20,000 nt of DNA from Welwitschia mirabilis (GCA_051453625.1 JBOZIK010000001.1:34763574-34783573); one strand, 5' to 3'; shown: positions 1 through 11,530, numbered from the stretch's first letter. Numbers and translations: made by a program. Notes: a model not told the origin generated them from the letters alone.

Positions 1-522
1 TCAAGGAGAATATCTCTATTTATTAACTAAAAACATAAACTAGAATAGACAAGAAGGTGTGGATAAACTGTAACAGCTGCGTAAAGAGGAAATAAAAATA
101 TAAGTGATGAAATTTTGATGAATGTTCTATACATACATTACAATAGTTTATCTAGCTAATTATATGGATAATAAAGGAGATAATGCCACCTCATAATCGA
201 TCCATATTAGCTATCAGTCATACCTTAGTTAGCATTAAGTTGGCATGGTCATCTGTATGATAGTCTAAATAATGAGGTGGATGATGGCTTTCAATAATTC
301 TTCACTTATTGTATGACCTTGATGTCTATAAGAAGTTATCATCAGAAATATAAAGTATTTATATTTATTTAGAATGGTTGTAAATGATCATAGAGATTAC
401 ATATTTTCATCTTTTTCATCCCAGCTCTCCATTATTAGGAAAAAAACTAAGCATTTGCCTATATATTTACCTACAAAACAACTCAGAATACCCTATTAAA
501 TGTATAAGTTGGTAGTACAATA
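1..522 (-). mobile_element. LTR (5' LTR or solo LTR), truncated by the window start and inserted into another LTR
   Basis: 400-522 is colinear with 13820-13944 and 19678-19800 (AAGCATTT...AACTCA.AATACCCTATTAAAT...AAGTTGG). The reverse-complement terminus TATTGTACTACCAACTT resembles the family start TGTTGCGATGCCAACTT. No PPT follows at 523. Confidence 0.85.
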
Positions 523-1593
523 AACCTGATCTAAATGAACACCTATCTAATTACCAAATTAAGTTATTAGAAAAACTAACACTACATAACCTAAATCAGA
601 TAAGGAAACCATTACTAACCCTAGCTAACTTAAGTTATTTTAATGCATGATAATCTAAAATGTAGTTAAACCAATATCTACAATCTTAATAAAGGTTATT
701 CTTATGACCTATATTATTAGTGAAACTATTATTAAATAAATAATAACATAAACCATAAGAAACATTAAAAAGTATTAGTGAACAAAAGTGAAATAAAGTT
801 TGTATTAAGTAAACTAGCATTCAGGTTACAAAGAAGCTATACCTCTATGAAGGATGCATAGCTCAACACTAAGGAAGATGTCTCTCAACAACTATAGTGG
901 ATGGATCTCTTGCCATTTGATCTCTTATTACAAGAATTTATGATGCATTAAAGATAATATGAGGATTGAATAATAGGTTTATTTATATAATAAGAAAAAC
1001 ATAATCCTTGCTCAAGGTATAATGGTCATGCTGGAAAATGTGCTCAATCCCGAGGGGAAAAAATGGATGAAATAGATGAAAGTAAACAATTTATTTTAGT
1101 TTTATTCTGACTATCATGGGAACATACTAAGAATAACACCTTATAATAATGGATGAGTCATCAACTTTTAGCCTCATAGTAAGCCTCATAGTTAGCTCTA
1201 GATGTGTTGTTATCCTCCATGTCATGGGATGATATTGGGAACAATAAATATTTAGAAAAGAGGACTTATTGCATCCTAACTCCAATCCACATCAACATCC
1301 TAAATAGCTTCTAAAGTGCTATTATCTTATCTATCATGGGGATGATAGTAGGGATGAAAGTATTCCTTGTCTTTCTAGCTTAAGAGAAATCAATATTTTA
1401 CATCATTGATCTTCCTTAAAAGACTAAGTATTAAAATATATCTAAAATACCCCAAAATATGCCAATAATTTCATGTTTCTATATCATTCCATTGAATTTT
1501 TATAATCATCATAATTACATCTAAACTTATACAAATGTCTTGAAAAAGTACTTAAAATACACAATTAAAATCTTACAAATTAGTATTACATCA
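523..1593 (-). mobile_element. 3' LTR of a minus-strand Athila-like element, interrupted at 522/523
   Basis: Reverse complement starts TGATGTAATACTAATTTG at 1593, directly next to a PPT. 740-940 is the reverse-complement homolog of 2400-2600 (GATCTC/ACAAG, CCTT.GTG..G.GCTATGCATCC, GGTTTATGTT). TATA box at 980-987. Confidence 0.85.
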
Positions 1594-1618
1594 TAGCATC
1601 CTACTTAGCCTTGTCAGT
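1594..1618 (-). other. Polypurine-tract region (PPT) of the minus-strand element
   Basis: Reverse complement ACTGACAAGGCTAAGTAGGATGCTA matches the PPT regions at 7412-7437 and 19801-19826 and abuts the LTR TG. Confidence 0.8.
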
Positions 1619-1840
1619 GCATGCTAAAATAAGTGATTAACAACATTGTGAGCTAATTTAACCAATATAAGTAGTAACTAAAAAAATGTAAATCAAGTTT
1701 ATTAATATTTAACATTTAAAAATAATTATCAAAAATCAATTAAATGATGTAATACCTTCATGCAATACATAATAGATATGTCATCTTGTATGTCATCTAG
1801 ATGATAATGGTGATGATAATGCTTAGAAAATCAAAATGAA
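1619..1840 (-). mobile_element. 3' internal (UTR) region of the minus-strand element, cut by the insertion at about 1841-1854
   Basis: Reverse complement TTAGCTCACAATGTTGTTAATCACTTATTTT resembles TTAGCTCGCATTCGTGGTATTTCACCTAGTTTT at 7371-7403, upstream of the PPT of the plus-strand element. Confidence 0.6.
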
Positions 1841-1853
1841 AGTTACATGTCTA

Positions 1854-2931
1854 TGTTATGTTATGAATTTGTAGTTATTTGATGAGGTTTTATGAGCTAT
1901 TTTATGAGAAATTTACATAGATTTAGATAAAATTCTGAGGATTGTGAAGATTTAATAGAAGATCTATGAAATGTGCAATTCTTACTAAGATTTAAGGCAT
2001 TTAAGGCACATTATGATACTCATAGCTACGGAGCAAGGTTATTGATATGAATATTAGCTTCTCCTCCATTAAATAATTAAAGAAGACCATTGTTCCCTAT
2101 GTCATCCCCAATGTAGGTAGGATGACAACAATGTTCAATGCTACGTGGACTACTAAAACACTGCTAAGTCACCATACTGAGTCATCTTTTGCAATAAGAT
2201 ATCATCTCCATCATCATCCAAATAATAATCAGGATGGTAGTAACATTGTAACCGATTATGATAGTTTTCCTTTAACCATTTCATCCATTTCTTAACTAGA
2301 AAAGAGCACATATTACAATGCCTTCTATTCATCCGTTCCTAACATGTAACCCTATGAATAAGTATTATTTTGATTCTCCTCTCTATTTTCATTTAACTAG
2401 AAATTATTGTAACAAGAGATCAAAGAGTAAAATACCCATCTTGAAAGTTACTAAAAGATGTTCCCTTGGTGGAGGGCTATGTATCATCTATTAAGATCCA
2501 GCTTTTTTGCAACTTGGATGTTATTCCTTTTAACATAAAAACTTTATTTTCATTATTGCATATTAGTTAATCATATGTCCATTATAGTTTATGTTGCCCT
2601 TGATCTCATGACAATTTCATTGGTGATATAAATTATAAGGGCAACTTTTGTTAAGGCTAAAATACATAGTTTAGTTTCATTTTGCATTGCATTATTTAGT
2701 TGCATTTTGCATTTTCATTGCATCTTTTATTTCCTTCATTGTTATTTAAATCTAGTTACCATTTACTGGTGAAAAGTAAACTGTCTTATCTCATAATCTT
2801 TAATGAGAATATGACATTAGAATTCACTCCCACTCATACTAATATGTTGTATTATGTAAGATGTATATTTTATTTATGAAATGATATAATTGTTTTGAAT
2901 ATAGACACTTGCATAAATACATGCCATAACA
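1854..2931 (+). repeat. 5' LTR (1078 bp)
   Basis: TGTTATG...CATAACA terminal inverted repeat. Colinear with 7438-8506 and 8507-9557, and followed by a PBS. Confidence 0.92.
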
Positions 2932-2934
2932 AAT

Positions 2935-2952
2935 TGACATCATTATTGAAAA
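2935..2952 (+). other. Decayed primer-binding site, tRNA-Asp type (Athila)
   Basis: TGACATCATTATTGAAAA lies 3 nt after the LTR CA. It differs from the Athila PBS TGGCGCCGTTGCCGGGGA at 10 positions, all G>A or C>T. Confidence 0.75.
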
Positions 2953-3661
2953 GGCTATTGAGGAGTATAAGACTTTTCATCATTGAGATGAATACATCAG
3001 ATTTTTATTTGGTTAATTATTCATAGTGATGTTGTAATTTTATTAGGAATTGTAGATTTTTATTTGTAGTTTTTCAAATTTAGATTTTATTTTTAGATTT
3101 TAGTTTTTATAATAAAGTAATCTCTATTATTTCCTTTGTCATCTAGATTACCAGGAGGATGATAGCTTATGTGCCTTTTCATTTTTTAGTTTTCTACTAT
3201 ATTTAGTTTCTATTTTCTGCTCTCTCTGTTCATTATTCTCTCTATTATCCTGATGACAGACAAGATGATAGTATGTTGTTTTTGATTTATTTTTAATTTT
3301 TTTCTAATTTTAAAATATTTTGACATGGTCAGTTTAGAAAAAAATATCAAAAAAAAAGTCTACTAAAATAAGAAAGTATCAGAGAAGGATTGATTAGCTG
3401 CAAAATAAAATCAAGAACACAATCTTTGGGTGCATATAATATCTCTTCCAAGTTGATTTTTGTTAAAACATTAAAGAAAGAAGAACTCAACTATAACTAT
3501 GCACTTATCTTCATCTTGAATTAGGTTCTCTTGTTCTCATTTTTCTTAATTATGACTAGTGATACAAAAACCCTTGTAAAAATTCTTACTGAAAGAAGAA
3601 GAAACTTGAAATAATCTGAGGATAATAGCAAGAAAAAACTTTAAGAACTTTTTTTAAAAAG

Positions 3662-5280
3662 ATGGATAATAATACAAAATGTTGTTGAGAGTAGGGATTA
3701 GATCCATTCCTTTTTTCAATGATCTTATTATTAACCCTTTTCTTTTGAAACTTCATATAAGAATAATAATGAAAATCTTAGGGATTTAACCTTGTATAAT
3801 CACTTTTATACATCTCATCCATCTCCCATGCATTACATGAAGAAGAACCATCTTCCATAAACTACTATGAGGAAGAAAATGATCTAAGAAAATAAATGAT
3901 TAATAAAACAAAGAAAATAATATAAAATACTAACAACAAACTAGAAAATTTGCTTGAGATCCTTTAACAAATACTATTGTAAAATGAAGGTTCTCTTATA
4001 ATACAACAATTTCAAACCTATCATTTTGAGAAAAATGAGGAAAAACTAGAACTAAAGGATAATGGTTCTTATTTTTAAATAGAGAATGAAATTTTAAATT
4101 AAATTTTAACCTCCTATCATTAGGATATAATCAAAGGGAAGATAATAATAATTCAATTCTATCTTTCAACATTAAAGATAAGGATGACCATTTATTAGAT
4201 ATTGATATTGAGGTATTAGATTATATCCTTGAAATCCGTTTACTAGATCAAGAATACATTTATGAAAAATCTAAAAATTTCTTAATCTATCATAGACATA
4301 ATGATTGCATATCTTCTTTTTATAAAAATGATAACATGTAATAAGACGATGGGGATCGTAAAGAAGAAGAAGATGATGACATTGAAATATTAAATCAGAT
4401 CCCTTGTTTTCACATACTTTGCAAAAATGAAGGATTTTTATCTTTAAAAGAAGTTTAACTTATGAGATTAATAGAGATAAGTACTAAGATAAAATTAATG
4501 AAAAAGAATCAACTCAGTAATAGCAACTCAAATGGGATTATAGTTTAGAGTTAATAGAATTATTCAAAGAGGAAAAGGAGTTAAATCAATAAATATCAGA
4601 AAATCTTTCATCACATAATAAAGACAATGAGAGATTTACTTTATATAATCTTTTTAATGATATTTTTAAGGAATCTACCAACTTAGAAAAGAAAAATAAT
4701 CCTCAATGAAATAAGAAAGAATAACAAGATACAATCAATGATAACAATAATAAAGAGGAGGGAGATATGATCAAGAAAGAAAGCATTCAATCAAGTAACT
4801 CTCCAAATCACATCATTGTCCTTAAAATTTATGAACTACATCATCTTGAGGACTTGACTTCAAAAATATCACAATCCTTTCCTTGGAAAACTTCAAAAAG
4901 TAACATCTTTTCCTCTTTTAAAAAGCTAACTCTACCTTGCATTTTCAATGATAATTGTTTTCAAAAACAAAACTCGGGATATTTTGGAATTCTAAATTGG
5001 GGCAAGCCATACCTTCTTAATTGAAACACATATTTAGAATTACATATTAAAGAGCTTCTTAGGTATGTAAACCTATCTTAATCACTTATTCTAAATGCTT
5101 TATATTATGAGTTTGATAAGAGATTATAGTTCTATGAGTTATATGAATTTTTTATCTCTTTTATTACTACTAAATTTTTTGAAAATAAAATGTCATGTGC
5201 TCATTGGAAAAAGTCTTATTTTCCTAATAAACATTAATGTCTTGAATCCAATGATAGAAAACATTTTAACGAGCTTTTAG
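3662..5280 (+). pseudogene. Decayed acidic, E/D/K/N-rich ORF of unknown function inside the non-autonomous element
   Basis: Purine-rich, coding-like sequence after ATG at 3662 (GAAGAAGAAGATGATGAC, GAGGAAGAAAATGAT) between T-rich UTR-like flanks. Many stop codons; surviving fragment 4767-5024. A second copy of 4568-4625 lies at 9800-9857. Boundaries are approximate. Confidence 0.45.
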
Positions 5281-7411
5281 AATCATCATGGATACTTTCT
5301 TTGAGACCCTTCTCTTAGGATCTTTATAATGATTCTCAAGACTCACAAAGTTATCATAAGAGATTATTTGATACTTATCACTTCTTTACCTCTTGTTTGA
5401 ATTGTAAAATTTATGTTGTTAAAGGATTATCTTTTTATTATTTCCTCTTCTAATTGATTTTTCTTACAAATGATTCCATACCTTTTATGTTTTATTAATT
5501 AGTGAATATTTGATTTGGACCTTTTTTTTTTTGAAAGAATACAACATCTTAAGACCATTTTTATTTTTCTTTCTTTTTAATAAAAGTGTGAGTAGATTTT
5601 AGATTTTGAATAAAACTTGCTTTGGTGCTTCCTTTTCGATTTTGTGATTTTTATGATTTTGATTTCGATTTTTATCTTTTTGTTTCAATAGTTTCTATTT
5701 CATTTTCTAGCTTTAATTTTCTACTAGACTCTATTTTCTATTTTTACTTTCTATCTCTATTGTCTGCATGACTAGAAGGGCGATTGTTAATTGTTTTTGG
5801 TTTATTTTAAGAAAATACATTTTGATGGCTTTGTTAAGATTTCTGACTTAAGTACTTAATAATTTTAGAAAGTTAATGGGCATAGGTTAGAATTATTCGA
5901 GCAACTGTCTAAATTTTCTCTTAGCTTTTTCCTTTAGAGGCATTATAATATTACTTGATCATCTTCCAAACATGACTTATATATTTATTTCCATGATTGG
6001 TCTTTTAACTTGGGCATTTTCTACTGGTAAGATTGGATTCACCCAATTTTGAAACAATCCCACATCTATGAACTTCATTTTAAAAGAAGATGCTTTATTT
6101 TTGATGTTTTTCTCAATGGTGAAAAGGTCTAAGATTGTTTAAGGTTGTTCTTTTCTGTATTCATATTTTAAATTCACCTTTCTCTTTGGAGTATTTAATC
6201 ATGATAAATGTTCTTTTTATTTTTTAAATAAAAATGAAGGAAAAAAAAAGTGAAATAAGGCCGTGATGTTTTATATATGCAATAGATCAAAAACATGGTC
6301 ACCATAACGTCCTATAATAAGTACACTAGGAAATTTTCTTGAGAGGGACCTTTGGCAATGTAATATGGTAGCTGTGGAAACTCCACTAGAATGTCAGTTG
6401 ACCATGCTTCATGGGTCCTTGCTTCTCTAACTGTGGTTGCACTCCTCTCATCATGGATAATAAAATAATAAAAGCTTAGAGGCTATGGGATCAGTGGTAT
6501 CCCTAATATCATCAAAGGCATTGCTTATTTTCTAGACTCTTCATCTTTTCGACATGATCATTTCATTTCTTAAGATTTAAGAGTTTGTTTTGAGATGTTG
6601 GCAGGTGAGTTCATTTTTGAGCAACTCTTTGGTCTAATCTTTCATTGTTTAAGTATTTCATCTTTAGCATTATCATAATCACTATGTCATCAAATGGAAT
6701 TTTTTATACATCAATTCATGCATTTTTATGATTTCTTTCACTGGAATGTATTAGGTTAAAATTTTAGATAGGTAGGCTATTTTCTTTATGTTGCCTTTTG
6801 TTCATTCTTTCTACTTTCTTTTGTTGTTTGTTTAGTTATTTCAAAGTCATTCCCATATTTTTTTATTACTTTAGGACTTAAAATTTATGCTTTCCTTACC
6901 CATTTTTTAATAAAGAGTTAATTTCTTGCTTGAATAAATAATTTTGTTATGCTTATTTTTAGTTGCAAATGTTGCGCTTCATCATTTGTCATGACAGAAC
7001 ATTTTCGTTTTCCACTCATTTTTGTCCTATTAGAATATCTCATACATCCATATTTTTTAAATCTGATATTTCTTTACTCAGTTTTACACTTAATTTAAAA
7101 AATCATCCAAATTTAAACACCCATCATCTACCTGCTCACTATTGTCTGCTTTCTTTGCTTTAATCCAACACAGAACATATTGTTTTTCTCAAGGGGTGTA
7201 GGACCCATTTTCATGGCTGATTTTTTAATTTTTGAGTTATCTCAGAACTTTCATAAGATGTAATTTTAAAATTTTTACTTCATACACATCATGCATTACA
7301 TGTTATTTTGTTATAGGATGTGTTTTATAAGCTTGTTTTATAATTTTATATTGATTTTTTGTAAAACATATTAGCTCGCATTCGTGGTATTTCACCTAGT
7401 TTTTGTCAAGG

Positions 7412-7437
7412 ATTGACAGAGGCTAAGTGGAGGGCTA
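7412..7437 (+). other. Polypurine-tract region (PPT)
   Basis: ATTGACAGAGGCTAAGTGGAGGGCTA directly precedes the LTR TGT at 7438. Confidence 0.85.
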
Positions 7438-8506
7438 TGTCATGCTACCAATTTGTGATTATTTGATGAGGCTGTATGAGTTGTTTTGTAGGACATTTAT
7501 ACAAGTTTAGGTGCAATTCTGGGGATTTTAAAGAATTAATGGAAGATCTCAGAAATGTGCAATACTTAACAAGATTTGAGGCATTTATGACACATTCTGA
7601 TACTCATGGCTATGGAAGAAGATTTCTGATAGAAAAGACTAGCTTCTACTGAATTGGATGATAAAGAAGACCGTCATCCCCTCTATTGTCCCCATAATAT
7701 CCAAGAGGATGACACCATTAAATGCTAATGTGAATTGTTGAAACACTAGTGAGTCATCTTTTGTAATGAGTTGTCATTTCAATCATCATTCAAATGATAG
7801 TCAAGATGACATTAACATTGTAACCAACTCTAATAGCCAACCTTTGATCATTTCGTTTATTTCTTTTATGTAAGGGAACTCATATTGTAGTGTCTTTTGT
7901 TTGTCATTTTCTGGTTTATAACCCTATAAATAAGTACCCCTTTGACTCTCCTCTCTATTTTCGTTACACTAAATTCTCATAATAGGAGATCGAAGGGTGG
8001 AAGATCCATCTCGAGTGTTACAAAAAGATGTTACCTTGGTGGAGGGTTATGCATACTCCATTGAGATCTGGCTATTCTGTAACCTAGATGTTTGGTTCCT
8101 TTTAACATAAAACTTTGTTTTTCTTTTGTGCATGTTAGTTTGGTAGATGTTCCTTATGGTTTATGTTGCTCTTGATCTAGTGATAATTTCTTGGATGATA
8201 TAGGTCTTAAGAGTGCAGCCTTTGTTAAAGCTAAAAGTAAGTAGTTTACCTTCATTTTGTATTGCATTTAGTTAGTCGCATTTTTTCATTTACACTTAAT
8301 CATTTATTTCCTACATAGTTCTTTAATTTTTGTTACTTTATTGAAAATCAATCCTTACTCTCTTCTCATAAGTCTTCAATGAGATATGACTTTCGGATTT
8401 ACTCCTAACTATATTAGTGTATTGTATTTTGTAAAATATCTATTTTTATTTGTGAATGATAGGATCTCTTCGTGTATAAATGTTTGCATAAATATGCACC
8501 ACAATA
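7438..8506 (+). repeat. 3' LTR (1069 bp)
   Basis: TGTCATGCTACC...GCACCACAATA (terminal CA>TA). Colinear with 1854-2931. Confidence 0.92.
7925..7932 (+). promoter_or_regulatory. LTR TATA box (CCCTATAAATAAG)
   Basis: Present at the equivalent LTR position in 2353-2360 (TATGAATA), 8989-8996, 10343-10350, and on the minus strand at 980-987 and 13419-13426. Followed by a pyrimidine-rich CTCTC tract. Confidence 0.7.
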
Positions 8507-9557
8507 GCTACTAATTTGTATGTTTTTGATGGGATTTTCTGAGCTATTGTATAATACATTTATACAGGTTTAGATGCAATTCTGAGGATTTTGGAGAATC
8601 AATGAGAGATCTTGGAAATGTGTAATTCTTAGTAAGATTTGAAGTAGTTAAGACACAACCTCATACAGATGGATTTTGGAGGAAGATTACGAAAGGAAAA
8701 AGCTAGTTTCTTCTCACTTGAATGATAAATAAGACTATCGTTCCCTCTGTCATCCCCACGATAGCCAGGAGATGATACTATTCATTCCATATTAGATGTT
8801 GATGTGGATGCTAAGCTAACACTGTTGAATCTTGTTTTATAAAGAGCCATTGTCTTCTTGGTCGTCCAGATGATATCTAGAATGACCACTGTAATTGACA
8901 GTCAATCCTTGACCATTTCGTCTATTTCTTTTCTATAATGAAGCATATTTTGTAGCATCTTTTGTGTGTTGGTTCTACTTTATAACCCTATAAATAAGAC
9001 CTCTTTTCAACTCTCCTCTCTATCTTTGATGCACCAAAAACTCTTGTGATTAAAGATTGAAGGACGAGAGACCATCTCATGAGTTGTAGAAAGACATTCC
9101 CTTGGTAGAGGGCTATGCATCCTCTATTAAGGCCCGACTATTTTGTAACCCAAATGATAATTCCTTTTTAATATAAAACTCTATTGGCATTTATGCATCT
9201 TAGTTATCAGATGTTTCTTATGATTTATATTGCCCTTGATCTAATGACAATTTTATTGGTGATATAGATCTTAAGGGAAGTCTTTGACAAGATTGAAAGA
9301 AAGTAGTTTAGATTTAAGGTTTAGTTGCATTTGCATTTACATTGTATCTTTATTTTCTGCATTATTCTTTAAGCTCGGTTATTTTATTCTTTGTGAAAAT
9401 CAATTCTCAAATCTTATCTCATAGTCTTCAATGAGATATGACATTCGAGTTCACTCCCAACTATATTACTATGTTGTGTTGTGCAAGATATCTATTTTAT
9501 TTGTAAATGACAGGATCTTTTTGAGTATAAATATTTAAACAAATATGCATTGCAACG
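8507..9557 (+). repeat. Additional LTR in direct tandem with the 3' LTR, lacking its first 6 nt and with no PBS after it
   Basis: Starts GCTACTAATTTG (family position 7) and ends ATATGCATTGCAACG. Colinear with 7438-8506 but with different indels. Confidence 0.9.
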
Positions 9558-9673
9558 ATGAGCTATAACTATTACGTAGACTTAAATCATCAAAAATTTA
9601 TTAAGGTCTATTCTAAGCTTTTAAAGACTCAAATCTCTTATTGCATTAGAACATTACCTTTTTCAATAATAGC

Positions 9674-9699
9674 TATATATATATATATATATATATATA
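9674..9699. repeat. (TA)13 microsatellite running into a 100-N gap
   Basis: Read directly from the sequence; gap at 9700-9799. Confidence 0.95.
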
Positions 9700-9799
9700 N
9701 NNNNNNNNNNNNNNNNNNNNNNNNNNNNNNNNNNNNNNNNNNNNNNNNNNNNNNNNNNNNNNNNNNNNNNNNNNNNNNNNNNNNNNNNNNNNNNNNNNN

Positions 9800-9857
9800 A
9801 GGGGAAGAGAAGTTAAATCAAGAAATATCAAAAGATATTTTATCACATAATGAATAC
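9800..9857 (+). mobile_element. Fragment of a second copy of the non-autonomous element's internal ORF region, the insertion target of the autonomous element
   Basis: 48/58 ungapped identity to 4568-4625 (GEEKLNQEISKDILSHNEY vs EEKELNQ*ISENLSSHNKD). Similarity stops at the LTR start at 9858. Confidence 0.8.
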
Positions 9858-10770
9858 TATTGTGATCCCAAATTATCAGGTTTTATCGGTGTAAATAGCA
9901 ATGTTTTGTAGCGAATAGGAACTCAATTCAGTCATTTTCAGGCATTTTATTATGAACTAATCTAACAAGCTAATATATTTTCATCTAGAAAAGGAAGAAT
10001 TCAATCCTAGAAAAAGTGGAGTAAAAAGTGGAGGAAAACACTAATAAAGTTATTGCCATCCCCTCTGTCATCCCCATGACATAGGGCATGATTAAGAGGA
10101 TGAAGGAATTTGAAGCAGGCTTAAGGAGGCTGATTTGGCAAGGCTGATGTGGCATGCTAATGTGGATGTCATGGCAGCCATCATCCCCATAACACAGGNN
10201 NNNNNNNNGTCATCCCCACGATGATAGTAACATGATAGTGTCATAACTTCTTCTTAACTAAGTCAATTAAGATTTAGTTTATACTTAATGATTCTTCTTC
10301 ACTTATGCCAATCTATCTGACCTGTAACCACCCTAGAAAAGCTATAAAAACTTTCATTTAGCATCATTTAATCATTTTTTTAGCATTGAAGGATTGATGA
10401 CAAAGGCATCCAAGGAGTTAAGGGTCCATTTCAGCATAGGAGAGATTGATATTGGTGATTAAGCTCTGCTTCGAACATTGAGGAGTCACTACCTTGCTGA
10501 GGTAATTGTAAGACATTCCATTCAATTAATAAATTGTCTTTCTTTTTCAAATCTTATGATTTCTCTTATGGTTTATGTTAAAGTTTAATTAATACTATTT
10601 TCTTAGATTAATACTAAATTAGACACAAGTCATAAGGGCTGAGTTAGGTAATAACAACTTAAAAATTTGGTTATCATAGGCTTGCATTTCATTTCTCTTT
10701 CATAATTTGCATAGCACATTAGAATAGCTACATTGTCAGTTTTTTTTTTCAATTACAAAAACATAAAATT
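9858..10770 (+). repeat. 5' LTR of the autonomous element (3' end and PBS probably in the gap 10771-10977)
   Basis: Starts TATTGTGATCCCAAATT (family start TGTTGCGATGCCAACTT). Contains GTCATCCCC motifs, a TATA box at 10343 and CTTATGGTTTATGTT / CATAAGGG blocks shared with the other LTRs. Sequence after the gap (AAGCTATTAAG) resembles the post-PBS sequence at 2952 (AGGCTATTGAG). Confidence 0.7.
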
Positions 10771-11204
10771 NNNNNNNNNNNNNNNNNNNNNNNNNNNNNN
10801 NNNNNNNNNNNNNNNNNNNNNNNNNNNNNNNNNNNNNNNNNNNNNNNNNNNNNNNNNNNNNNNNNNNNNNNNNNNNNNNNNNNNNNNNNNNNNNNNNNNN
10901 NNNNNNNNNNNNNNNNNNNNNNNNNNNNNNNNNNNNNNNNNNNNNNNNNNNNNNNNNNNNNNNNNNNNNNNNNNNNNAACAAGCTATTAAGTGCATTTAA
11001 ATTAAAAGTAAGTGAATTGAATTTATGCCATCATTATTTTTATTTACTTTTAGTTTTTATTGAATACCTATTGGTGCAACCTACTTGCTTTGAGGAGATT
11101 ACCTAAAGAGATCTACTTGCCTTTTGATCAAAGGCAAGATTATCTCTAAGATTTATCCCTATCCAAGTAAGAGTATTTACCTTTAGAGGGTAACACATTG
11201 TTTT

Positions 11205-11530
11205 CACTTGTTGTTTATATTGTATACTCTTTTTCATTATAAATTATCTCTTATTTTCCTGTTAATTTTTCATGCAATAATTTCCCCTTGCTAGTTCTAC
11301 CTTCTTATGCTTTGTGTNNNNNNNNNNNNNNNNNNNNNNNNNNNNNNNNNNNNNNNNNNNNNNNNNNNNNNNNNNNNNNNNNNNNNNNNNNNNNNNNNNN
11401 NNNNNNNNNNNNNNNNNCACTTGTTGTTTATATTGTATACCCTTTTTCATTATAAATTATCTCTTATTTTCCTGTTCATTTTTCATGCAATAATTTCCCC
11501 TTGCTAGTTCTACCTTCTTATGCTTTGTGT
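11205..11530. repeat. 113-bp direct duplication flanking a 100-N gap (probable assembly overlap)
   Basis: 11205-11317 and 11418-11530 are identical except for 2 substitutions. Confidence 0.9.

Larger units (their letters stand above)
1854..8506 (+). mobile_element. Non-autonomous (LARD-like) Athila-related LTR retroelement, about 6.65 kb, with no recognisable gag/pol
   Basis: Order is LTR - PBS - 4.5 kb internal region - PPT - LTR. The two LTRs match at 46/60 of the first 60 nt, mostly differing by transitions. I saw no PR/RT/RH/INT motifs internally. There is no clean TSD (GTCTA vs GCTAC), so the LTR pairing is inferred. Confidence 0.7.

Noticed and set aside
3250..3275. CTGATGA as a hammerhead ribozyme core (retrozyme)
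   Set aside because: There is no stem II followed by GAAA. It is a decayed copy of the GTCGTC/GACGAC palindrome.
5095..7163. Short hydrophobic ORFs (5095-5280, 6963-7163) as an env-like gene
   Set aside because: They are short, T-rich sequence gives hydrophobic translations by default, and I recognised no homology.
9558..9857. Continuity of element structure across the gap at 9700-9799
   Set aside because: It is a 100-N gap of unknown size after a TA microsatellite, so the left and right nests cannot be linked with confidence.
10055..10245. Spaced GTCATCCCC repeats as a CRISPR-like array
   Set aside because: The repeats are short, degenerate, irregularly spaced and in both orientations inside an LTR, in a eukaryotic context with no cas genes.
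11205..11530. 113-bp direct repeat as a biological tandem duplication
   Set aside because: The copies sit exactly at contig ends around a 100-N placeholder, which is typical of an unmerged overlap or two haplotypes.
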